A stretch of 64,000 bases of DNA from Balanoglossus misakiensis (lineage: Eukaryota; Animalia; Hemichordata): NCBI GenBank assembly GCA_040954595.2, contig CM082579.2, positions 15,910,550 to 15,974,549 on the forward strand, read 5' to 3'. The notes under the pieces are model-generated. The model did not search any database, had not been told where the DNA came from, and saw only the letters and a program-made list of their open reading frames with translations. How positions within the stretch are numbered: position 1 is the first letter of the stretch; each line of letters begins with the position of its first letter. Made by a program: the position numbers and the translations under genes. Positions 1 through 9,335 of the stretch are shown in pieces.

Positions 1-1299
1 TGTATGTTAAAACTTTCGACCACTCCAAAAATGCAGAGATATTGACGGAATTCAAGAAAAAATAGCCATTTTGGCCATATTTTGACAAAAATGGTAAATT
101 TTTAAAAAATCATAAAAAATTAACTCTTTTCTTCATTTTCGGAAATATTATGGAGCATGCAGTGTCGTTCTCTTGTAAAAAGTGCTGCAAATTCCAGAAA
201 AGGCGGTATAATTTGAATCACCCAAGACAAAATTACCATTTTCGACTTTTTTTCGAAATATTGTTTTTTTACAAAATAAATAAGAATAAATTCTTTTCTT
301 AGTTCCAAACGGGTAGAGATACTTTCCACACGGATTTCTAACATTGAATTCCCGTTCATCAACTCAGATTTCCTACAAGTCGGCTAAAACCCTGACACTC
401 TAGAACAGAAACAGTTGCACACTGGTAACGTTGAACAAGTCGATTTTTCTACGGCCTGGCTCGGCTAAATCTCCGTCACAATATGACAGACACTAGCGTA
501 GGTTAGCAACGGTGATCGAGTCAGATTTTCTACGGCATGGCTTGGATAAAGCCCCGGCACTCCAGAGCAGAAACACGCGTACAGAGACCACGCTGATCAA
601 GTCTGATCTCCTACGGCTTGGTTCGACTAAAACCCCGGCACACTATGACAGACACTAGCGTTCGTTAGCAACGTTGATCAAGTCAGATTTCCTACGGCAT
701 GGCTTGGCTAAAGCCCTGGCACTTTAGAGCAGAAACACGCGTACAGAAACCACGTTGATCTACTCACATTTCCTTCGGCCTGGCACGGCTGATGCCCCGG
801 CAGTATATATAGGACACAGACTTGCGTAAGTTAACAACGGTAATCACGTCGGGTTTCCTACGGCCTGGCTCAGCTGAAGCCCCAGCACTCTAGAGCAGAA
901 ACAGGCGTACATTGACCACGTTGATCAAATCAGATTCCTACGGCGTGACTCCGCTGGTGCACGGGCTCTATATGACACAGACTGGCGTAAGTTATCAACG
1001 GTGATTACGTCGGATTTCCTACGGCCTGGTTTAGCTCAAGCCCCGGCACTTTAGAGCGGAAACACGCGTACATTGACCACGATGATCAAGTCAGATCTCC
1101 TACGGCTTGGCTCGACTAAAACCCCGGCACACTATGACAGACACTAGCGTTCGTTAGCAACGTTGATCAATTCAGATTTCCTACGGCATGGCTTGGCTAA
1201 AGCCCTGGCATTCTAGAGCAGAAACACGCGTACAGAGACCACATTGATCTACTCACATTTCCTTAGGCCTGGCACGGCTGATGCCCCGCACTATATATA
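1..1299. repeat. Composite ~2-kb macrosatellite, segment 1 (partial monomer, interrupted by the Gypsy element)
   Basis: AT-rich module followed by ~81-bp subrepeats, the same sequence that recurs through the window; resumes at 9336 after the TATA target duplication. Confidence 0.95.
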
Positions 1300-1509
1300 T
1301 GTAACGGCCTTGTTGATCCATTGAATTTGTATACATGTATATCTGTATGTATGTTATACCTGTATCTTATAGTAATTAGTTATTCAATTATTCATATGAC
1401 GTAATAGTACTTACCTTCAATTGGTTGGTCTTAATTATATGCTAACCACCTGGAAGTTTCATTTGACCAATGAACACAAGCTAATCTGGCACTATGATGT
1501 AATTGCTGA

Positions 1510-1543
1510 TATAAAAGGACATGGTGCATAAAATTGGTCAGTT
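1510..1543 (+). promoter_or_regulatory. LTR core promoter: TATA box plus initiator
   Basis: TATAAAAG at 1510-1517 and Inr-like TCAGTT at 1538-1543, ~30 bp apart; CCAAT upstream; ATTAAA poly(A) signal at 1851-1856. Confidence 0.7.
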
Positions 1544-1848
1544 CACCTCTGTAGCCAGACCGGCCACACACGTTGGAACTGACATGTATTTGTTCCATTT
1601 CAGGTTAGTTTCCTTGTACCTTACCTGTTGCTTGAAGCTTTGTATTTTGGTGCATTCTACCGACTCATTTCAGCACAAGTAATTGGTGTCTTTAACTTGC
1701 GTCAATTTTCCAATTGTATGTCTATATTTTTCACTTGCATGAATTCTGTTGGAGGTGAACTCCCATACATGTGTGTAATTTAGCAGTTCACCTCTGTAGC
1801 CAGACCGGCCACACACGTTGGAACTGACATGTATTTGTTCCATTTCAG
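1539..1848 (+). repeat. 65-bp direct repeat inside the LTR (1539-1603 and 1784-1848), also present in the 3' LTR
   Basis: CAGTTCACCTCTGTAGCCAGACC...GTATTTGTTCCATTTCAG occurs twice, 245 bp apart. Confidence 0.95.
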
Positions 1849-1933
1849 TTATTAAATGTAAGGCCTATGTCTTTGTTACCCGTAACCTGTTTGGTGTGAA
1901 TATGTTGGAATGAACGGCGACAACCGTGACAAA

Positions 1934-1952
1934 TGGCGTAGTCGGCAGGATT
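1934..1952 (+). other. Primer binding site, tRNA-Ser
   Basis: TGGCGTAGTCGGCAGGATT, 2 nt after the LTR, is complementary to the conserved metazoan tRNA-Ser 3' end (AATCCTGCCGACTACGCCA), recalled from memory. Confidence 0.88.
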
Positions 1953-3003
1953 TGGCAATTCCTACGCAAGTTCTTGTTTCGGGACGGAGAGGATGATACT
2001 GACAAGTGCCATGTTTTAACTGGTCAGAAGTGTCTGGACAACGGACAACGCCCAACCAGGTGTGCCTTTCGCTGAGCTGGACGTCCTTGGGGAGCCAACC
2101 GGACTGCAGACAGACGGGAGCCAGGTCCAAGCGTCAACGGCGAGGAAAATTCTCTGCAGAGTGCCAAGTGGTGAAGTCGCTGAACTGTTACCGGCCGGAA
2201 CTGTTTAGTGTGAAGTGTTCATCGCGGTATACAAGGTATTGTGTGTCCAGAACTTGACAGTGTTATTCCGTGCGAACTAGAGACAGTGCGCATAAATTCC
2301 GTCCGTGGCGCATAGTTTCCATCTGTGATAACTTCGGACTTGAACTTGTGGACTGGGTATTTTATTGCAAACGAACTTTCTGGTTATTCGCCGTAGAACC
2401 TGGTGTAACGTAATGTTTGTAAATTTTTCTTAGAAATTTCAATATTGTCTATATAATGCAATGTGGTCAAAGTAGTTTTGACTTTGATTTAATTGTTGAA
2501 GTGGGCTCCATGTGGATATAAACCCATGTTTTGTTGCCTTTAGCCTGCTTTAAAAAAAAAAAAAAATTATTTTCTTTCAACAGTATATTTTGGTTAAGTG
2601 CTGAAGTATAAATTTTCTTTGTAAATTTCAGTTCATTATTTTCCAAACGACGTGAAAAAAAAAAATTGTCAGCGCTTGTTGAAAAAAAAATATTAAGTTA
2701 TAAGTTAAATATTGTATATTGACTTGAGTTAGTTTATTATTGTATTAGTTATTTAGCTGTTTCATTATTATTGAGACTGTCCATGAATGGTCGTATTCAT
2801 CCAAATCATACATTAGTCTCTATAGAACCTTTGGCAGTGTCTGTAAGCTATTCTATGCTTATTTCATTCCCTGTTAACGTATGTGCTATGCCAGTAGATA
2901 CTGATATTATTGTTAAGATTTTCCAGTGAAATAGCTTGCATTGCATCGTATTTAACGACACGTCAGAGTCCTCCCAAATTGCCTCTCATTTTATGGGAAA
3001 AAA

Positions 3004-4428
3004 ATGGCTGTGTCCAAAATATCAATTCAAGAGCGAAGCATTTATGTGCAACACTTGCCTTTTGGATGTACAAAGAAACATTTTAGAGAATTTATCGAGT
3101 TACAGCTTGGTTTGGCCCAGGTTGATCAAATTTATATTTCTGATAAAGATTCCGCTTTTGTCATATTTGAGAATATAGAATCAGCCACAGCCGCTCTGCC
3201 AGTAATACATAAAAGCACTTTTGAAGAAAGCAAATTACGGGCAAGTCGTGTGACCACAGCCCGAGGGTTGGAACTGTGGCATTTAATTGAGGAAACCGAA
3301 CAAAGTACTGGCCTAGATTACAATGAAACCAGTGATCCCAAGACATCCAAACCCAAAGCAGATGTACAGGAAATTATTAACATGTTGAGTTTACTGTCTG
3401 AAGCAGATAGGAAAGCGGTTGCACAGGCCATATCACCTGCTCCACTGAAACCAATCGTATCAACCCCTATGCCACATCCGATTCCATTTCCAGCATTTCC
3501 AGTACCAACTTCAGTTGCAGATTCTTCACCATTTATTATGTCTTCACCTGCCCAAGCAGCTGCTGCACAGCCAGTCACAGCCACTACTGCTTTTCACTCG
3601 GTGGAATTCCCAAGAATAGTCGTCTTCTCTGGCAAAGGTGATGTCACTTACGAAATGTGGCGATATGAAGTTCGAGCACTACAGAGGGAGAATGTGTTTC
3701 CGGAGACCATAATTATGCAGGCTGTTCGGAAATCCCTACGAGCGTCCGCTGCTGAAGTCCTACTACATATGGGAGAAGACATCACAGTGTCCCGATTGAT
3801 GGCGAAGATGAACATGGTCTTTGGGAAAGTATTGCCACCGGAAGCAGTTTTGGAAAAATTCTATACAGCACGACAAACGAAGACAGAAAAGGTAGCAGAA
3901 TGGGCCTGTCGCATCGAAGGACTTTTGGATGAACTCAGATCAGGTCAGTCCATCTCTAGTAATTCAGAAGAAACCATGCTTCGAACCAAATTCTTTTCTG
4001 GCCTGTCAGATGAGCACATTAAGAATGCAATCAGACACCGATATGATACGGGAGAAGATTATTCAGGATTGTTGCTAGCCGCAAGAAAGCTTGAAGTAAA
4101 TAGGGAGACCACTACCAGGGTTCACCAAGCAACTGTTGCTGACAAGACGATGATAACCAAATTGGAGGAACTTACCAAAGGTCTGAAGAACTTAGCTGAG
4201 AAGGTTGCTGAACTAGAGAAGCGAACTTCAACATCATCAACTCCAGAGTCTACTTTTCGCCGACGTGTCAACAATGAAAATGGCCGGGATCGGCGTGGCA
4301 ACGATGGAACTCGCCAACCCAAACAAGTTTTCCCAGGCAACTGCTTCAAGTGTGGTGAACATGGACACAAAAAGACAGACTGTCCTTTAAATGGGGAGCG
4401 ACCAGGCATCCGGAGGGACATGCGCTAG
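3004..4428 (+). CDS. gag: Gag: N-terminal RRM-like domain, PNMA-type capsid, CCHC zinc knuckle
   Basis: 474 aa; IYVQHL and DSAFVIF resemble RNP2/RNP1; FSGKGDVTYEMW capsid start; CFKCGEHGHKKTDC knuckle. Confidence 0.92.
   Translation: MAVSKISIQERSIYVQHLPFGCTKKHFREFIELQLGLAQVDQIYISDKDSAFVIFENIESATAALPVIHKSTFEESKLRASRVTTARGLELWHLIEETEQSTGLDYNETSDPKTSKPKADVQEIINMLSLLSEADRKAVAQAISPAPLKPIVSTPMPHPIPFPAFPVPTSVADSSPFIMSSPAQAAAAQPVTATTAFHSVEFPRIVVFSGKGDVTYEMWRYEVRALQRENVFPETIIMQAVRKSLRASAAEVLLHMGEDITVSRLMAKMNMVFGKVLPPEAVLEKFYTARQTKTEKVAEWACRIEGLLDELRSGQSISSNSEETMLRTKFFSGLSDEHIKNAIRHRYDTGEDYSGLLLAARKLEVNRETTTRVHQATVADKTMITKLEELTKGLKNLAEKVAELEKRTSTSSTPESTFRRRVNNENGRDRRGNDGTRQPKQVFPGNCFKCGEHGHKKTDCPLNGERPGIRRDMR
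4386..4392 (+). other. -1 ribosomal frameshift heptamer T TTA AAT (gag-pol)
   Basis: X XXY YYZ pattern in the gag frame (CCT TTA AAT); the -1 frame is open from here into the protease ORF. Confidence 0.75.
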
Positions 4429-5510
4429 GTCGGAACGGTAACAGTCCCTCTAATGTTATTGATTCTTTAATAGGCCACGCCAATGAAACTGAGATTGTGC
4501 TGGAAGGATCCTCGTGTATTGCGCTGATAGACACCGGGTCCATGGTATCTACTGTTGCTGACACTTTTAACAGAGAGAAGCTACAGAAACCAATTCATGA
4601 CCTGAAGAACTTGGTGAAGGTAGAAGGGGCTAGTGGTACAGAAGTTCCTTACCTTGGTTATATTGAAGTTGAAGTGAAATTCCCAGATAGCCATGGACAA
4701 GAGATGTCTAAAGATGTATTATTGCTTGTTGTTGAAGACACGGAATATAATCAGATGGTTCCAGTTGTGATAGGCACAAATGTTCTCCAACATTTTGTGG
4801 ATGAAGATACACAGTACAGTACAGATCTATCCTCAGTATGGAGACTAGCATACCAAGCGACTATCCACCGGCAGAGGGCCGAAGGTAGGACATTTACAGT
4901 TACCACTACTAAACCCATAACCATTGGACCATACGAACGCACAGTCATCCATGGATTTTGCAGAGTGGACCTAAGAAATTGTCAATCAGTAGTTGTGGTG
5001 GAACCAGAAAATGACAGACTTTTACCTGGTGGTTTACTTGTTACTCCAGCCGTGTTGAAGTTAGAGCCTCGTGGTAATTCATGTCGAATCCCAGTAATGG
5101 TGACCAACTATGGAGCACGTGCTGTCACAGTTCCCCCTAAAAGCACCCTATGTAACATGAACTTAGCATCTAATGTCTCACAGCCTTTAGATCCATATGG
5201 AGATGATATTGATACAAACTCAGATGGGACCACCTCACCAAAAGTACCCGATTGGCTGATAAAAGACCTGGGATTACAAGAGGCAGATACAGAATTAACA
5301 GAAATCCAGAAAGACCAAGCCTTGGCTACCATTGGTAAATGGCAAACCGTGTTCTCTACAGGTGAGAGAGATTTGGGACACACAACATTGGTAACACATT
5401 CGATAAAGTTAACGGATGAAACCCCCTTTAAAGATAAATACCGTCGATTCCTATGGGTATGTACGAAGAATTGCAACAGTACCTGCAAGATATGCTACAG
5501 AGTGGTGTGA
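4386..5510 (+). CDS. pol: Pol N-terminal part: aspartic protease and linker (ORF track 4497-5510, extended to the slippery site)
   Basis: ALIDTGS active site, VVIGTN motif, DLGHTTLVTHSI pre-RT motif; reading frame breaks near 5447. Confidence 0.88.
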   Translation, partial: FKWGATRHPEGHALGRNGNSPSNVIDSLIGHANETEIVLEGSSCIALIDTGSMVSTVADTFNREKLQKPIHDLKNLVKVEGASGTEVPYLGYIEVEVKFPDSHGQEMSKDVLLLVVEDTEYNQMVPVVIGTNVLQHFVDEDTQYSTDLSSVWRLAYQATIHRQRAEGRTFTVTTTKPITIGPYERTVIHGFCRVDLRNCQSVVVVEPENDRLLPGGLLVTPAVLKLEPRGNSCRIPVMVTNYGARAVTVPPKSTLCNMNLASNVSQPLDPYGDDIDTNSDGTTSPKVPDWLIKDLGLQEADTELTEIQKDQALATIGKWQTVFSTGERDLGHTTLVTHSIKLTDETPFKDKYRRFLWVCTKNCNSTCKICYRVV

Positions 5511-8500
5511 TTAGAGAATCAAACAGCCCGTGGTCCTCAAATGTTGTATGTGTCAGAAAACCTGATGGGAAGCTGAGGGTGTGTATTGATTATAGACGTC
5601 TCAACGCCAAAACCATTAAAGACGCTTACGCATTACCCCGGGTATTGGATACGCTTGATAACCTTAGTAACGCCGAGTGGTTTTCATCGCTTGATCTACG
5701 GTCTGGATATTACCAAGTAGAGATGGCTGAAGACGACAAAGCGAAGACAGCTTTCACGGTGGGAAACTTCGGCTTATTTGAATTCAACCGTATGTCTATG
5801 GGTCTGACCAACGCACCTGCAACTTTCCAGCGTCTCATGGAGAAGTGTTTTGGAGAATTGGCGTTCAGAGAATGTTGTGTGTATTTAGATGACATCATAG
5901 TATTTTCGAAGACTTTTGAAGACCACCTCAATAGATTGGAGCGGGTATTCCAGCGACTGGCATCACATGGATTAAAGTTGAAGGCAACGAAATGTGTTTT
6001 ATTCCAGAAGAAGGTGAAATATCTTGGACACGTGGTATCAGCCGACGGAATTACAACGGACCCAGACAAGGTAGCAGCTCTGAAGGAATGGCCAATACCC
6101 ACTACTGTAACAGAACTGAGAAGATTTCTTGGATTTGCAGGGTATTACAGGAGATTTATCCAAAGCTACAGTAATATTGCCAAGCCACTTAACGACTTGC
6201 TGTGTGGACGTCAGTCAAGGAATAAGGCGGGAAAATTTGAAAAACTCCAGTGGGGACAACAGGAACAACAAGCTTTCGACACTCTGAGGAAGAGCCTAAT
6301 GTCGTCACCAATACTAGCCTTTGCTGACTACTCACTTCCATTTGAAATACATACTGATGCAAGTTCCACAGGTCTGGGAGCAGTGCTGTATCAACGCCAG
6401 AAAGGTATTCTCAGAGTAATTGCCTATGCAAGTAGAGGACTCACCAAGTCTGAAAGTAATTATCCAGCTCATAAATTAGAATTTTTGGCACTGAAATGGG
6501 CCGTCACCAAGAAGTTCAACGACTACCTGTATGGAAGCAAATTCACTGTGTTTACAGACAACAACCCTTTGACGTATGTGTTAACTTCTGCGAAACTGGA
6601 TGCGGTGGGACACAGATGGTTGTCAGACTTGTCATTGTACGACTTCTCTATTGTTTACCGGAGTGGTAAGAAGAATATAGAGGCTGACGCTTTGTCTAGG
6701 ATTCCATGGAATAGAGAGAATCCAGAGACGGAAACCAATCTGGGAGCCGATGTAGTCCAGGCGCTTTGTCGAGCAACAGAAGGTCCATACGTAACTTCAT
6801 TCGGAATGGTAGCAGATGAGGACAGACCTGCAGTAGTTCAAGGTGGGGATGATGTGTTCTGGAAGACGGAGCAGTCCAAAGATTCAACAATACGGTATGT
6901 GACTGATCAGCTTGAAAAGGACCACAAACCACTTATGAGAGATCATACAGGAGATGTCAGACTACTTATACGAGATTGGAAACGCCTTGTTCTGAAGAAT
7001 GGAGTCCTATACAGGAAATGCTTCATCGATGATATACAATATTTGCAACTTGTCTTACCAGTACACCATAGAAAAGATGTCCTGGAGGAACTACATGATA
7101 AACTTGGACACTTTGGCCAAGATAAAACCCTGGATCTGGTACGACGAAGATTCTACTGGCCTAGGATGTCGATGGATGTTCAAAAGAAAGTGGAACATTG
7201 TTTACCATGCATTCGCAGGAAAAGTTCAACTTCCTTACCCAGAACTCCCTTGGTTAATATTCACACATCACAACCGATGGAAATGGTGTGCATCGACTTT
7301 CTCCATATACCAACACCAGATCAAGGATATAGCAACATATTAGTGATGACGGACCATTTCACTCGATACGCTATAGCAGTACCTACAAAGAACCAGTCTG
7401 CCAAAACAACTGCCAAAGCATTGTTTGAACATTTGATTTTGCATTATGGGTTCCCAGGACGATTACACAGTGACCAGGGGCGAAACTTTGAGTCGTCTAC
7501 AATTCAGGAACTTTGCCGAATAGCAAATATTAAGAAGTCCAGGACCACTCCATACCACCCCCAGGGAAATGGAATGTGCGAACGATTTAATAAGACGTTA
7601 TTACAGATGCTTGGAACTATGAATGAAGACAACAAAACAAGATGGGCTTCACATGTCAATACGATGGTTCATGCCTATAATTCTACAAAGCATGAAAGCA
7701 CCGGATATTCACCTTTCTTTTTGATGTTTGGTCGTGAACCAAGACTGCCTATAGATGTATCTGGACATGCAGACCAGACCAACCTAGAATGTGGTGGAAC
7801 AGTTTCAGATTATGTGACGAAACTTGCCGAACGGTTGGATTACGCCTATAAAGTAGCAACGGAACGGTCTGTTAAGTCTGGTGAACGGCAGAAGAAGTCA
7901 TATGATAGAAAAGTGAAGGTGGCCATAATACAACCTGGTGATACTGTGTTGGTGAAGAATACAGGACCTAAAGACAATTACAAATTGGCAGACCAATGGG
8001 AAAAGGATCCATATACAGTGATTTCACAGCCCATAGAAGACATTCCAGTATACGTGGTACAAAAAAAAGTTAAGGGTGGAAGGAAGCGGACACTACATAG
8101 AAATTTGCTACTCCCAATACCAATAATTCCGGACGAACTGGATGACGATGTTAACACCAAGATGACGCAGCGTGATGTTAAGCAGAGTGTACCGGGTGTT
8201 ATCAACGATGCTACCCAGGATGCAGTGGACGAAGAGGATGACGGCATTGGTAAATTGCAATTCGTGTCAACTATCAACTTGCCAACAGAACACAATGCTC
8301 TTAATCCTACTGCTGCAGAATTCATCCCATCCAGAAGAGAAAGTTCCCTGATGGACAACCCCACAAGTATGGTTAATCCGGATGGACCTTCTCAAGTACT
8401 TACCTCAGATTTCTCGAATCATATTTTGCAAAGTACGGATGGTTGGTCATCGAGCGATCCAGATGGTATCACTCCTGCTACAACCAACATCAGTCCTGAC

Positions 8501-8644
8501 TCCAGTAGTAGTACTCAACCTGAACCACGCTATCCTACACGACAGAGACGACCTCCAGATAGATATAGTCCCGAACAATGGAATCTAAAACAGTTTGCTC
8601 ATACGACTTTATCTTCTATACCATTTATTAATTGCCACTATTAA
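5453..8644 (+). CDS. pol: Pol: reverse transcriptase, RNase H, integrase
   Basis: LRVCIDYRRLN, LDLRSGYYQ, YLDD, TDAS, ADALSR, HHCC zinc finger, DDE core (IDF, SDQG, CERFN), GPY/F-like DPYTV; no chromodomain seen. Confidence 0.96.
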   Translation: MGMYEELQQYLQDMLQSGVIRESNSPWSSNVVCVRKPDGKLRVCIDYRRLNAKTIKDAYALPRVLDTLDNLSNAEWFSSLDLRSGYYQVEMAEDDKAKTAFTVGNFGLFEFNRMSMGLTNAPATFQRLMEKCFGELAFRECCVYLDDIIVFSKTFEDHLNRLERVFQRLASHGLKLKATKCVLFQKKVKYLGHVVSADGITTDPDKVAALKEWPIPTTVTELRRFLGFAGYYRRFIQSYSNIAKPLNDLLCGRQSRNKAGKFEKLQWGQQEQQAFDTLRKSLMSSPILAFADYSLPFEIHTDASSTGLGAVLYQRQKGILRVIAYASRGLTKSESNYPAHKLEFLALKWAVTKKFNDYLYGSKFTVFTDNNPLTYVLTSAKLDAVGHRWLSDLSLYDFSIVYRSGKKNIEADALSRIPWNRENPETETNLGADVVQALCRATEGPYVTSFGMVADEDRPAVVQGGDDVFWKTEQSKDSTIRYVTDQLEKDHKPLMRDHTGDVRLLIRDWKRLVLKNGVLYRKCFIDDIQYLQLVLPVHHRKDVLEELHDKLGHFGQDKTLDLVRRRFYWPRMSMDVQKKVEHCLPCIRRKSSTSLPRTPLVNIHTSQPMEMVCIDFLHIPTPDQGYSNILVMTDHFTRYAIAVPTKNQSAKTTAKALFEHLILHYGFPGRLHSDQGRNFESSTIQELCRIANIKKSRTTPYHPQGNGMCERFNKTLLQMLGTMNEDNKTRWASHVNTMVHAYNSTKHESTGYSPFFLMFGREPRLPIDVSGHADQTNLECGGTVSDYVTKLAERLDYAYKVATERSVKSGERQKKSYDRKVKVAIIQPGDTVLVKNTGPKDNYKLADQWEKDPYTVISQPIEDIPVYVVQKKVKGGRKRTLHRNLLLPIPIIPDELDDDVNTKMTQRDVKQSVPGVINDATQDAVDEEDDGIGKLQFVSTINLPTEHNALNPTAAEFIPSRRESSLMDNPTSMVNPDGPSQVLTSDFSNHILQSTDGWSSSDPDGITPATTNISPDSSSSTQPEPRYPTRQRRPPDRYSPEQWNLKQFAHTTLSSIPFINCHY

Positions 8645-8703
8645 TCAAATATCTTTAACTTACTTTAAATGACGAGGACGCCATTTCTCCTCGCAGGGGT
8701 GTG

Positions 8704-9335
8704 TGTAACGGCCTTGTTGATCCATTGAATTTGTATACATGTATATCTGTATGTATGTTATACCTGTATCTTATAGTAATTAGTTATTCAATTATTCATA
8801 TGACGTAATAGTACTTACCTTCAATTGGTTGGTCTTAATTATATGCAAACCACCTGGAAGTTTCATTTGACCAATGAACACAAGCTAATCTGGCACTATG
8901 ATGTAATTGCTGATATAAAAGGACATGGTGCATAAAATTGGTCAGTTCACCTCTGTAGCCAGACCGGCCACACACGTTGGAACTGACATGTATTTGTTCC
9001 ATTTCAGGTTAGTTTCCTTGTACCTTACCTGTTGCTTGAAGCTTTGTATTTTGGTGCATTCTACCGACTCATTTCAGCACAAGTAATTGGTGTCTTTAAC
9101 TTGCGTCAATTTTCCAATTGTATGTCTATATTTTTCACTTGCATGAATTCTGTTGGAGGTGAACTCCCATACATGTGTGTAATTTAGCAGTTCACCTCTG
9201 TAGCCAGACCGGCCACACACGTTGGAACTGACATGTATTTGTTCCATTTCAGTTATTAAATGTAAGGCCTATGTCTTTGTTACCCGTAACCTGTTTGGTG
9301 TGAATATGTTGGAATGAACGGCGACAACCGTGACA
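8704..9335 (+). repeat. Gypsy 3' LTR (632 bp)
   Basis: Copy of 1300-1931, preceded by a short G-rich PPT-like tract GCAGGGGTGTG. Confidence 0.96.

Larger units (their letters stand above)
1300..1931 (+). repeat. Gypsy 5' LTR (632 bp)
   Basis: TGTAACGG...CCGTGACA; matches 8704-9335 with one substitution seen by eye (1443 T vs 8847 A). Confidence 0.96.
1300..9335 (+). mobile_element. Full-length Ty3/Gypsy LTR retrotransposon (~8.0 kb)
   Basis: 632-bp TG...CA LTRs, 4-bp TSD TATA (1296-1299 and 9336-9339), PBS, gag, and pol in PR-RT-RH-IN order. Confidence 0.97.

Noticed and set aside
365-1290. Regularly spaced conserved words resembling a CRISPR array
   Set aside because: The intervening sequences are themselves repeated, not unique spacers; no cas genes; eukaryotic retroelement context.
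1932-3003. Short ORFs and possible intron in the Gypsy 5' UTR
   Set aside because: The ORFs have no recognisable motifs; donor and acceptor candidates exist but cannot be paired with confidence.
5421-5433. CCCTTTA / TTTAAAG as a second programmed -1 frameshift
   Set aside because: The heptamers are out of phase with the protease frame, and a stop at 5435 blocks the -1 frame.
8160-8644. Chromodomain or env at the Gypsy integrase C-terminus
   Set aside because: The tail is low-complexity Ser/Thr/Pro/Asp ending in an RRPPDRY motif; no chromodomain aromatic pattern and no further ORF before the LTR.
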